From NCBI GenBank assembly GCA_009838525.1, contig VXRJ01000032.1, forward strand, positions 65,186 to 129,185: a stretch of 64,000 nt of DNA, in the 5' to 3' direction. Origin of the DNA: Acidobacteriota bacterium (GTDB taxonomy: Bacteria > Acidobacteriota > Vicinamibacteria > Vicinamibacterales > UBA8438). The position numbers were made by a program, and so were the translations under genes. Below, piece after piece: positions 33,886 through 42,091 of this stretch (its first letter is position 1; each line of letters opens with the position of its first letter). The notes beneath the pieces were generated by a model, which saw only the letters and a program-made list of their open reading frames with translations, ran no database searches and was not told the origin of the DNA.

Positions 33886-35559
33886 CTACTCCTCGCGCAG
33901 CGCGTAGACGAACAACCCGTTGCCGGATGCCACGGCGACGTATTGCCGGCCGTCAATCGCGTAACTGATCGGGCCGTTCGCGATCATCCCGCCGAGCGAC
34001 CGCATCCAGAGCAGGTCGCCGGTCCGCGCGTCGAGCGCGTGGAAGTAGCCCTCACGGTTGCCGGTGAAGAGCACGTCGGTCGCCGTCGTCAGGATACCGC
34101 TGCTCGTGACGTCGGTCATGTCGTACTTCCAGCGTTGCTCGCCGGTCGCCGGATCGATCGCGATGACCGCGCCGGTCCCCGTCGCCTCGGTCCAGGTGTT
34201 GATGTGGCCCCGCGCCAGATTCGGCAGCGCGCCGCCCGGGATTGGCGGGGCCGGCCGGCCGCCAAGAAAGACGCGACCCTCGACGTACTCCGCCTCTTCC
34301 GCCTCGAAAACCGATCCGTAACCCTCCCACGCCGACAGATAGAACAGGCCCGTTGACGGGCTGTAGGACGGCGAGTACCAGTTGGTCCCGCCCTGAACGC
34401 CCGGGTAGGTCGTCGCGCCGGGGGGCTGCGGCGTGAAGATCGGCCGGCCGTTGTCGTCGAGGCCTTCGGCCCAGTTGAGCTCGATGAACGCCTGACCGTT
34501 GATGAACTGCCCCGTCTCGCGGTTGAGGACATAGAAGAAGCCGTTCCGGTTGCCGAACAGCATCAGCTTGAGCGTGCTGCCGTCCTGGGCCGGGAAGTCG
34601 ACGAGCACCGGCACCTGGACGGAGTCGTAGTCGTACGGATCGTTCGGCGTGAACTGGAAGTACCAGTCCAGTTCGCCCGTATCCGGGTCGAGTGCGACCA
34701 CCGAGTCGGAGTACAGGTTGTCGCCGGGCCGCTGCGCCGGGTTCCAGTCGGGCCCCGGGTTACCGATACCCCAGTAGATGAGGTCTACGTCCGGATCGTA
34801 GGAGCCCGTGATCCAGGCCGACGCGCCGCCGTAGCGCCACGAGTCGCCGCCCCACGTCTCATGGCCCGGCTCGCCGGGGCCGGGGATCGTGTAGAACTTC
34901 CACACTTCCTCGCCGGTCTCGACGTCGTAAGCCGAGATGAAGCCGCGGATGCCGAACTCGCCCCCCGCCACGCTGACGATGACCTTGTCCTTGACGATGA
35001 GCGGCGCGAGCGTCAGCGCGTAGCCGGCCTCGGGGCGCTCGACCGCGGTCTGCCAGATCGGCTGGCCGCTGATCCTGTCGATAGCGATGAGCTGCGCGTC
35101 GATCGTCCCCATGAACAGCGTGTCGCCCAGGATCGCCACGCCCCGGTTGACCCGGCCGCAGCAGGGGCGCGACTCCGCGGAGGGCGTGTACTCGTAGCGC
35201 CAGAAGACGCGGCCATGCTCGGCATCGACCGCGTACACCGTGTTCGGCGCCTCGGTGAGGTACATCATGCCGTCCACGACGAGCGGCGTCGTCTGGAACA
35301 CCTGTAGCGAGCGCGCCTGGAACACCCACTGGAGCTCGAGCCGGTCCACGTTGGCCGGCGTGATCTGATCGAGCGTCGTGTAGCGCTGGGCCTCGTAGTT
35401 CCCCGAGTAGGTGAGCCAGTTGTGCGGTTCGTCCGCCGCGTTGAGCAACCGCTCGAACGTGACGCCACCCTCCTGCGCCTCCGGCGTGGCGATGGCGAAC
35501 GGCAGCGAGACGATCAGCAAGGCGGCCGTTGCGGCCAGCGCGCGGGTCGTTGCGGTCAT
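33886..35559 (-). CDS. PQQ-dependent dehydrogenase, methanol/ethanol family (DxD lanthanide-type signature)
   Basis: 557 aa with a signal peptide. 'RPCCGRVNRG' vicinal Cys pair and 'TPNDPYDYDSV'. It is a paralogue of 27515..29173. Confidence 0.85.
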   Translation of the reverse strand: MTATTRALAATAALLIVSLPFAIATPEAQEGGVTFERLLNAADEPHNWLTYSGNYEAQRYTTLDQITPANVDRLELQWVFQARSLQVFQTTPLVVDGMMYLTEAPNTVYAVDAEHGRVFWRYEYTPSAESRPCCGRVNRGVAILGDTLFMGTIDAQLIAIDRISGQPIWQTAVERPEAGYALTLAPLIVKDKVIVSVAGGEFGIRGFISAYDVETGEEVWKFYTIPGPGEPGHETWGGDSWRYGGASAWITGSYDPDVDLIYWGIGNPGPDWNPAQRPGDNLYSDSVVALDPDTGELDWYFQFTPNDPYDYDSVQVPVLVDFPAQDGSTLKLMLFGNRNGFFYVLNRETGQFINGQAFIELNWAEGLDDNGRPIFTPQPPGATTYPGVQGGTNWYSPSYSPSTGLFYLSAWEGYGSVFEAEEAEYVEGRVFLGGRPAPPIPGGALPNLARGHINTWTEATGTGAVIAIDPATGEQRWKYDMTDVTSSGILTTATDVLFTGNREGYFHALDARTGDLLWMRSLGGMIANGPISYAIDGRQYVAVASGNGLFVYALREE

Positions 35560-36377
35560 CAGTTGATCCCCCTCAAGGTGAGCAGGAACGCCAGCACGTC
35601 GGCACGCTCCTGATCGGTCAGCGTCTCGGCATAGGACGGCATCGCCGATTCAGTCAGGATGGTGTACTCGCGCAGGTCGTCCTTCCGGAGCGACAGCAGC
35701 CGCTCGTTCTCGTCGATGATCTGCACCGAGTACGTATCCTCGTTCAGCCGCCGCCCGTTGTAGCGCGTGCCGTCGTTCGTGACGATGCGCACGGAGCGGT
35801 TGATCGGCAGCATCGCCTCGGTTGGATTCACCAGCGACGCGGCCAGCGATCCGGCCGTCCGTATCGTGGCGATCGTGCTCAAGTTGGGCGCAACCCGCGA
35901 TCCGTCGCCGCCGATCCGGTGGCAACTGGCGCAGTCTCCCTTGCCGTTGTAGATCGCTGCGCCGCGTGCGGCGTCGCCGGTCATTGAACCCGCCGGATCG
36001 AAGTCGCCCATCGTCCGGAGGTAGGCGACCAAACCGGTCAGCTCGGAGGCGGTATAGTCGCCCGCCAGCATCGCGGTGTCCGGAATGCCGTTCGAGATCA
36101 CGCCCATCAGCTCCTGATCGGAACTCGCGTTGCGGAACTGCCCGCTACGCAGGTTCACGCCGTCCACGACGTCGCCGTCCGGCCCGTGGCAACTGACGCA
36201 GTTCGCGCTGTACACCTGCATTCCGAAGCTGATGTCCGCCTGCAGGTACTCGCCCGCATGCGCCTCCTGCGCCGCCGCACCGGTGGCCGTCATTTCCGCC
36301 GCAGCGCCGACCGCCACGACGAATGCCAGCAGGCTGGCCGCGGCTGGGACGCGCCGTCCAAGTGTTCGTGGTTTCAC
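35559..36377 (-). CDS. Dihaem c-type cytochrome (probable electron acceptor of the adjacent PQQ dehydrogenase)
   Basis: 272 aa with a signal peptide and two CxxCH motifs ('CVSCHGPDG', 'CASCHRIGG'). It has a 1-nt overlap with the downstream PQQ dehydrogenase gene. Confidence 0.8.
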   Translation of the reverse strand: MKPRTLGRRVPAAASLLAFVVAVGAAAEMTATGAAAQEAHAGEYLQADISFGMQVYSANCVSCHGPDGDVVDGVNLRSGQFRNASSDQELMGVISNGIPDTAMLAGDYTASELTGLVAYLRTMGDFDPAGSMTGDAARGAAIYNGKGDCASCHRIGGDGSRVAPNLSTIATIRTAGSLAASLVNPTEAMLPINRSVRIVTNDGTRYNGRRLNEDTYSVQIIDENERLLSLRKDDLREYTILTESAMPSYAETLTDQERADVLAFLLTLRGIN

Positions 36378-36505
36378 GCCATCCTCCCTCGCTCGGTTTC
36401 GGTCCGGGTGCCGACCATTCTACCGCCCGCGCGCCCACGAAACCCTGCCTCTAAGCGGTGGTTCAGCTTGCGACTCCACAAAGGGGAGACGGGGCGACCG
36501 TACGG

Positions 36506-36638
36506 CTACTCGCAGACAACCCCGTCGCCGTCACCATCCCGCATGTACGGGTAGGCAGGATGGCCGCGTCGGACTGGCGCGATGCCATGCGCACGCGCTT
36601 CGGCACAGGAGATGCGGCCGTTGCGGTTGTCATCCCAC
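36506..36638 (-). repeat. Direct repeat copy A (Excalibur-coding 3' end), about 86% identical to 39989..40121
   Basis: Hand alignment gives 133 nt, ungapped, with 19 mismatches, starting at the stop codon of both genes (CTACTCGCAGAC...). Confidence 0.75.
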
Positions 36639-37186
36639 ACCGCAACAGAGAGTGGAAGTCCTGAAGCCGTCTGCAGGTCTCCGGCCTGATCTCCCCACAA
36701 ACCGCGACGCGCTTCTCGCGCCTCGCGTTCGTACCGCCGGAACTCCTCGAGGTACTTGAACGGGAATCGCGTGTAAGCGTGTCCGTAGCCCTGACGGATG
36801 ATCTCCGCGTTGATTAACGTTCCATCGAGCAGACGGACGTAGGCCAGCGTCCGCCCGTACCGGTCTGTGCGCTCCCAGTCGTACTCCAGGCGCACGCGCT
36901 TCCCCTCTAACGTCCGTTTCGTGAAGGCGCTCGCCTCTCGGCCGAAGAACTCGACTGGCCTGCGCGGGTCTACGGTCTCCGGAGTATCAACTCCTATGAG
37001 TCGTATTCGCCCCACGCCACGGACGATGATCGTATCGCCGTCTACTACCCGTTCGACTTCATACTCCCGTGTTGACTCCTGCGCCGCTGCTTGATTCTGC
37101 GTGGATGCCAGTTCGGCCGCGGCCGCCAGCCCAACCGCGCACCACACAGAAGCTGTACGTTGCCCCCACGAGTCGCGCCTCGTCAT
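36506..37186 (-). CDS. Secreted thermonuclease (SNase) with C-terminal Excalibur Ca-binding domain
   Basis: 226 aa. 'VVDGDTIIVRGVGRIRLIGVDTPE' and 'RYGRTLAYV' are SNase motifs. The C-terminus 'NGRISCAEARAHGIAPVRRGHPAYPYMRDGDGDGVVCE' is an Excalibur domain (DxDxDGxxCE). Confidence 0.85.
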   Translation of the reverse strand: MTRRDSWGQRTASVWCAVGLAAAAELASTQNQAAAQESTREYEVERVVDGDTIIVRGVGRIRLIGVDTPETVDPRRPVEFFGREASAFTKRTLEGKRVRLEYDWERTDRYGRTLAYVRLLDGTLINAEIIRQGYGHAYTRFPFKYLEEFRRYEREAREARRGLWGDQAGDLQTASGLPLSVAVWDDNRNGRISCAEARAHGIAPVRRGHPAYPYMRDGDGDGVVCE

Positions 37187-37324
37187 TGCCGACCATCCTT
37201 CCCCAGCTAGGTGTCAAGGTCAACGTTACCGTCAGACGATACCGCGTCCTGCTCGACGGACGTTCCGCGACGGATTCCCGTAGAGGCGCGTTTTCGCGCC
37301 GGCTCTCGCGGTCCCGCAGTTCGC

Positions 37325-37354
37325 TTGACACCGCGGCTTTGGCCTCAAGATGAT
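37325..37354 (+). promoter_or_regulatory. Candidate sigma-70-like promoter of the two-gene cassette
   Basis: Consensus TTGACA (37325-37330), an 18-nt spacer, then GATGAT (37349-37354). It lies 30 nt upstream of ATG 37384. Confidence 0.25.
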
Positions 37355-37383
37355 TACTGCCCGGTCAAGACAACACAAGCAGG

Positions 37384-39189
37384 ATGCGGTCACAGGAAGG
37401 CGTACAGACGATGCAGACAGCCAAACGAGCGACGTCCAACATCCGCAGCGTCTTGTGGAGGAATGGGCGGTCACCCGACAAAGATCTCCCCGAGGGCACG
37501 GATACGAGCGTGCTTGAAGACGACATGGCCACAGTTTTCCCGTCGGAGGATCAACCTGCCGTGCCTGATGCGGTTCCCCCACGAGGAGACTGGGACCATC
37601 ACCCCGCCACGGAACGGCAGCTCCGGTACATCAAAGTTCTGGGTGGCGACTCGTCCGGCGTCAGTAGCAAACGGGAGGCGAGCGACCTCATCAACCGACT
37701 GCTGAGGATGAGGGGCCGTTGGCCGCTCGATCCGGAGCTGTTGGCGCAGCGGGGTGCTAGGGCCGGCGCCGAGACCAATGGAGAGTGGAGATCTGCGCAC
37801 GTCAGCTTGCTCGCCAGCTTGAGGCTGGATCTCCAAGAATACGTTGACCATAGCTTGGGCAACCTCCGGGCCAAGCTGAGCGATCCACTCGGACCGGGTG
37901 GCTCTAGTCAGTCTCAGGGTCCCAACGAGATGGTCCGCAGGGCGGAAGCGGAGTTGAAGCAATTAGAGTTGTGCCGGAAGTGGAGGCAACCTCTGGGTAG
38001 TCTGACCTCACTGAGCACGGCTGACGGTTCTTCACCCATGGACCCGGAGCCAGCACACGTGGCCGCTTCGGCACCCGCGAACCCGAGCGACGACGCGAGA
38101 ATTCACTGGGCGCGCTGGCTCGGCCTGATCGCCGTCTTTGCTGTCTTCGTCGTCATTGAGGCCGCTGCAAATATTGGACTACTCATGGATGCGCTGGCAG
38201 GTGGAGCGCTGGCAGCCTTCCTTCTGGCAATCCTTGTTTCTATCGTCAACGTCGGGGGATTCGGGATCAGCGCAGGGCTGTTCCTGTCGTGGCTGCGCCG
38301 CCAATTCGGCAAGACGAGGCACGGACTATACCAGGCCGCCTGGGGATCTTGGATGGCATCCGCCTTCGCATTCAACCTCGTTGCGGGCCGCCACAGAGAA
38401 GCGTATGCGCTTGTGGTCGAGCAGATCAGGCAGAATCCGACTGCCCCGGTTCCGGCTGCTCGGGATCTGCTCCCTGAGGTATCGTTCAATCCCCTCACGT
38501 GGGAATTCCAGGCGTTGCTTTTTGCACTGCTGGGAATGTTCCTCTGTGCCCTCGGGTGCGCCAAGGGATTCACCTTCATACAAGGGCAAGCGGACAACTC
38601 GCAAGCCGATGGCGGAGCTGAGAACGACGAAGACGTTGGGCAGGGCGAGTCTGCGGACGGTCACGGCGTGTCCGAAGCCCCGCCTCCCCAAGAGCGCCAA
38701 CTCTTCGACGCATTCGCCTCGCTGCCGCAGCGCTACCAGAGCAGGTTAACGAGCGACCTGCGACGCGAGGTTGCCGACTGGTACAGAGCACTAGACCACG
38801 AGCGTCGCAACTTGACGACCCTGCTTGAGATGTTGAAAGACAAGCCAAACCGGCAGGCATGCGTGGACGCCGCGGAGCACGCGTTCATCGTGGCGCACAA
38901 CAGCAACTACCCTGACAAGGTTGACGTCCAGAGCGTGGAAGCTCATCGCCTCGAGAAACACCCCGAACCACTCGCCGTAACGGCGTCCGATCCGCAGGTC
39001 ATGGATGAGGCGGGCGCGCTGGTCACTGAGTGGAGAGAGTCTGGACAGGCCGCCTTCGACAAGCAAGTCGCAGCCGCAAACGAGAAGATCGCTGCTAGCT
39101 GGCACAACTACAAGGCACTCGTCCTCGGCAAGCCAGAGCGGCTTACCTCCAATGAGGATGCGGAGCCGCCCGCAACGCCGCGGAGTTGA
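37384..39189 (+). CDS. Uncharacterised multi-domain membrane protein (N-terminal soluble domain, ~4 TM helices, acidic linker, C-terminal helical domain)
   Basis: 601-aa ORF in a lower-GC segment. The hydrophobic block is 'WLGLIAVFAVFVVIEAA...LLAILVSIVNVGGFGISAGLFL...AWGSWMASAFAFNLV...LLFALLGMFLCALGC'. An N-terminal 'ATERQLRYIKVLGG....SKREASDLINRL' helix motif is present. No family assignment is possible by eye. Confidence 0.5.
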   Translation: MRSQEGVQTMQTAKRATSNIRSVLWRNGRSPDKDLPEGTDTSVLEDDMATVFPSEDQPAVPDAVPPRGDWDHHPATERQLRYIKVLGGDSSGVSSKREASDLINRLLRMRGRWPLDPELLAQRGARAGAETNGEWRSAHVSLLASLRLDLQEYVDHSLGNLRAKLSDPLGPGGSSQSQGPNEMVRRAEAELKQLELCRKWRQPLGSLTSLSTADGSSPMDPEPAHVAASAPANPSDDARIHWARWLGLIAVFAVFVVIEAAANIGLLMDALAGGALAAFLLAILVSIVNVGGFGISAGLFLSWLRRQFGKTRHGLYQAAWGSWMASAFAFNLVAGRHREAYALVVEQIRQNPTAPVPAARDLLPEVSFNPLTWEFQALLFALLGMFLCALGCAKGFTFIQGQADNSQADGGAENDEDVGQGESADGHGVSEAPPPQERQLFDAFASLPQRYQSRLTSDLRREVADWYRALDHERRNLTTLLEMLKDKPNRQACVDAAEHAFIVAHNSNYPDKVDVQSVEAHRLEKHPEPLAVTASDPQVMDEAGALVTEWRESGQAAFDKQVAAANEKIAASWHNYKALVLGKPERLTSNEDAEPPATPRS

Positions 39190-39194
39190 TCACG

Positions 39195-39974
39195 ATGTCC
39201 GGACAGAAGCCCTGGACGGTCGTGGTCGCGGTTCTAGGCATCTTGGCGTCGCTCGGTGTCCTCGTCGGAATCGGCTACGCAGCATGGTATGCCGACGGGC
39301 TGATCGTCCGTCCTCCTGATTACTGCCCGACAGGTAGCTATCCTCAGGTTAGAGAGGGTATCGAGGTACCCGGGCACACGGCGATCCTGATTGACACGTC
39401 GGACGAGATTTCGGCGACCGATGCGGGACTGGCGTTTGAGAAGATAGTTGGCTGGACAAGGGACACGGCACCGTGGCTGCAGCGGCTCTCCATCCACGGG
39501 CTGCCGGAGTCGGCAGGCGACCGGGTCGCGCGCCGCCATGGTACTTGGTGCGTCCCAAAGCGAGGCGCCGACGCCAACATGATCTACGAGAACCCGGTCT
39601 ATGTCGAAGCCCAGTTCCAACGGTTCCTGGCGACCTTGCAAGACATGTTCCGAGAACTCGTGCGTCGCGAAGAGGCCGCTCAATCCCCGATCGTGGAGAC
39701 AATTGCGAACTTGATTGAGGATCATGAAGATCTGGATTCCGTCTTGCTGGTGTCGGACATGCTGCAGAACACCTCCCTTTGGAACCACTACACCAAGCAA
39801 GGCGACACGCCGGGTATCCGGTCCGAGTGTCAGAGGATTACCAGTTCGGGTCGGTTGAAGACTGTGTACGTGTACTACATCGACCGGAAGCGTCCGGGGG
39901 TTCAGGCGGCGGAATGGCCAGACCCTTGGTGGAGCCACTGTCTTGGCACCGTACAAACCGAAATGCTCAATTGA
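39195..39974 (+). CDS. Uncharacterised single-pass membrane protein with vWA-like (degenerate MIDAS) alpha/beta domain
   Basis: ATG 39195 lies 6 nt after the upstream stop (the track uses TTG 39186). TM helix 'WTVVVAVLGILASLGVLVGIGYAAW'. 'TAILIDTSDEIS', 'QSPIVETIANL' and 'SVLLVSDMLQN' are spaced like the vWA DxSxS / T / D strands, but the match is not canonical. Confidence 0.45.
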   Translation: MSGQKPWTVVVAVLGILASLGVLVGIGYAAWYADGLIVRPPDYCPTGSYPQVREGIEVPGHTAILIDTSDEISATDAGLAFEKIVGWTRDTAPWLQRLSIHGLPESAGDRVARRHGTWCVPKRGADANMIYENPVYVEAQFQRFLATLQDMFRELVRREEAAQSPIVETIANLIEDHEDLDSVLLVSDMLQNTSLWNHYTKQGDTPGIRSECQRITSSGRLKTVYVYYIDRKRPGVQAAEWPDPWWSHCLGTVQTEMLN

Positions 39975-39988
39975 CGTTCAGCTAGCGC

Positions 39989-40121
39989 CTACTCGCAGAC
40001 GACACCGTCGCCGTCGCCATCCGTCATGAACGGATAGGCAGGATGGTCGCGACGGACCGGGGCGATGCCGTGCGCGCGCGCCTCGGCGCACGAGATGCGG
40101 CCGTTGCCATTGTCGTCCCAC
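39989..40121 (-). repeat. Direct repeat copy B (Excalibur-coding 3' end)
   Basis: See 36506..36638. Same orientation, 3483 bp apart (start to start). Confidence 0.75.
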
Positions 40122-42091
40122 GGCAGGCGATCGGCAACTGGCTCGGGCGCGGCAGGAGCGCTCGTGGGCAGGGTGGATCGAGGCGACCGGGCCCTCCCGG
40201 GCCGTGACGGTTCCGCGGGCCGCCCGCTGAACGGCTGCGCGTAACCCTGACGGATGATCTCCTGGTTGACGGACGTGCCGTCCAGGAGCTCGATGTCACC
40301 AAGGAATCGCCCGTAAGCGTCCACCCCCACCGCGCTCCAGCGGACGGGCCGGTCCTCGAACGTCGCCTGGACCCAGTCTCGCGCTCGATCGCCATCGGGA
40401 CGGCCTAGCTCCGGCGCGTCCAAACCGCTGAAACGGACGCGGAACCGCCGGCACGCGCTGGCGATGTCGGCCGTATCGGCGTCGATCACGCGTTCGATCC
40501 GGCCGTCGGTCCGGGACGGGGGCGTCAGGGTAGCGAAGGAACCCACGTCGTCGGGAGGATACGCGCCGCCGAACAGCGCGAACAGCAACAACGCACCCGC
40601 CGTCGCGCCGATGGCGGCGCCCGCGAGCCGGCCAACACTGGAGAACTCCGGCCCGAAAGAACCGTTAGTGCGGACGGGACGTTCGGCGCCGGCGTCGATC
40701 CGGCCGGCCACGTAATAGGTGGCCAGCGCCACGGTAACCGAGGCGACCAGCGCGACCGCGATGCCGCCAAGCGTGATCAACGGCAACAGCGGTGCGGTCC
40801 GTTGTTCCAGCGACAGCCAGTCGACCAGCGTCACCTGGTAGCCGGAATAGAAGAGCATCGTCGGCACGAGGAAGAAGCCCATCAACTGGGCTCGCCGGAC
40901 GCCGAACAGCAATGGGATCAGGCCCACCGCCGTCGCGCAAATCAGAATCACGAGGCCGCCCGCACCCAGAAGCGCCAGTGTAAGCACCGCCAGGAAGGCG
41001 ACGACACTCCAGTTGAGGCCGGTCTGGTCGACCGCCTGGAACCCGGCGGCGACGGTGGCGCCTGTCCACCACATGATCACCGCCGCCACGATTCCTGCGG
41101 CGATCATGAACAGGGCGATCCACCCCAGGTCGGCCGGGGAGACGATGCCGCCCAAGACTTGCTCAACCGCGATCGACGCGCCACTCCGACTCCGCCCTAT
41201 CAGGTATAGCGCGGCGATTGCGAAGAGCGCCTCTGAGGTATTGAGCGACGACGTGGTTACGAGGTAGGCCCGGTCCTGTGCATCGCGATCACCGTGCCGT
41301 CCGAACCCCCGCTCCAGCAAGAGAAGCAGCGTCGCGGCGTTCGCGGCCCCCAAACCGGGCAGTACGCCAACCAGCAAGCCAGCCAGTCCGCCCCGCACGC
41401 CCGGCCAGGCGACACCCCGCGCCGACGGGTTGGCCGGCACGTCCGGCGGTGGTGGCGGTTCTCCGGCGCTGGTCGTGGCAATCGCGAACAGCAGCCCGGC
41501 GACGCCGAACAGGCCGGCCAGCGCCGGGAACAGCGCATTGACCGGCGCATCGAGGCCGCCCGCGACGAGGGGAGATCCGAACACGGCGACGCCAAGAAGC
41601 CCGCTGGCAAGAAAGACGACGAGCGACCAGCCACGACGCGAATCGCTCACGATCAGAACAAGCGACACCCCGGCCAGAACGAGGAACATCCAGGGACCGA
41701 TCGCCTCCTCCGCCGCGCCGATCAGGTTGCCGAACCCCAGAAGGGCGGCAACCACGACGAGGCCGATCGCAAGCCCCAGCGCGCTGCCGGCTACGGACAG
41801 CCGCAGCGCCAGTGTCCCGCGGCCCTGCCGGACGAGTCGGTGCCCCGGCAGCAGGGCGAACGACTCGTCCCCCGGGACGCCGAGAAACAGCCCCGGCACG
41901 ACATCGAAGAAGGTGTGGGATATCGCCAGCGCGCAGGTGAACGCCAGCAGGGCGGAGTATTCGATGCCTAACGACGCGCAGCTTGCGCTGCTCGCGAGCA
42001 GGAGCGCCGTCACCGTATTGACGTGAATGCCCGGCACCAGACCGGTGAGGATGCCGGTGAGCGCACCGAGCAGCGACGCGGCGATCACCAT
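39989..42091 (-). CDS. Fusion protein: TctA/DUF112-like polytopic membrane domain + SNase nuclease + Excalibur domain
   Basis: 700 aa. The N-terminal ~480 aa are strongly hydrophobic and begin 'GALTGILTGLVPGIHVNTVTALLL' (TctA-family-like). The C-terminal part has 'VIDADTADI...RFSGLDAPE...DAYGRFLGDI' (SNase) and '...DNGNGRISCAEARAHGIAPVRRDHPAYPFMTDGDGDGVVCE'. Confidence 0.6.
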   Translation of the reverse strand: MVIAASLLGALTGILTGLVPGIHVNTVTALLLASSASCASLGIEYSALLAFTCALAISHTFFDVVPGLFLGVPGDESFALLPGHRLVRQGRGTLALRLSVAGSALGLAIGLVVVAALLGFGNLIGAAEEAIGPWMFLVLAGVSLVLIVSDSRRGWSLVVFLASGLLGVAVFGSPLVAGGLDAPVNALFPALAGLFGVAGLLFAIATTSAGEPPPPPDVPANPSARGVAWPGVRGGLAGLLVGVLPGLGAANAATLLLLLERGFGRHGDRDAQDRAYLVTTSSLNTSEALFAIAALYLIGRSRSGASIAVEQVLGGIVSPADLGWIALFMIAAGIVAAVIMWWTGATVAAGFQAVDQTGLNWSVVAFLAVLTLALLGAGGLVILICATAVGLIPLLFGVRRAQLMGFFLVPTMLFYSGYQVTLVDWLSLEQRTAPLLPLITLGGIAVALVASVTVALATYYVAGRIDAGAERPVRTNGSFGPEFSSVGRLAGAAIGATAGALLLFALFGGAYPPDDVGSFATLTPPSRTDGRIERVIDADTADIASACRRFRVRFSGLDAPELGRPDGDRARDWVQATFEDRPVRWSAVGVDAYGRFLGDIELLDGTSVNQEIIRQGYAQPFSGRPAEPSRPGRARSPRSTLPTSAPAAPEPVADRLPWDDNGNGRISCAEARAHGIAPVRRDHPAYPFMTDGDGDGVVCE

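Noticed and set aside
36506-40121. Annotating the repeat-bracketed segment as a bona fide mobile element
   Set aside because: No integrase, recombinase or transposase gene and no terminal inverted repeats are visible. The repeat is coding sequence of paralogous genes, so only the observation is reported.
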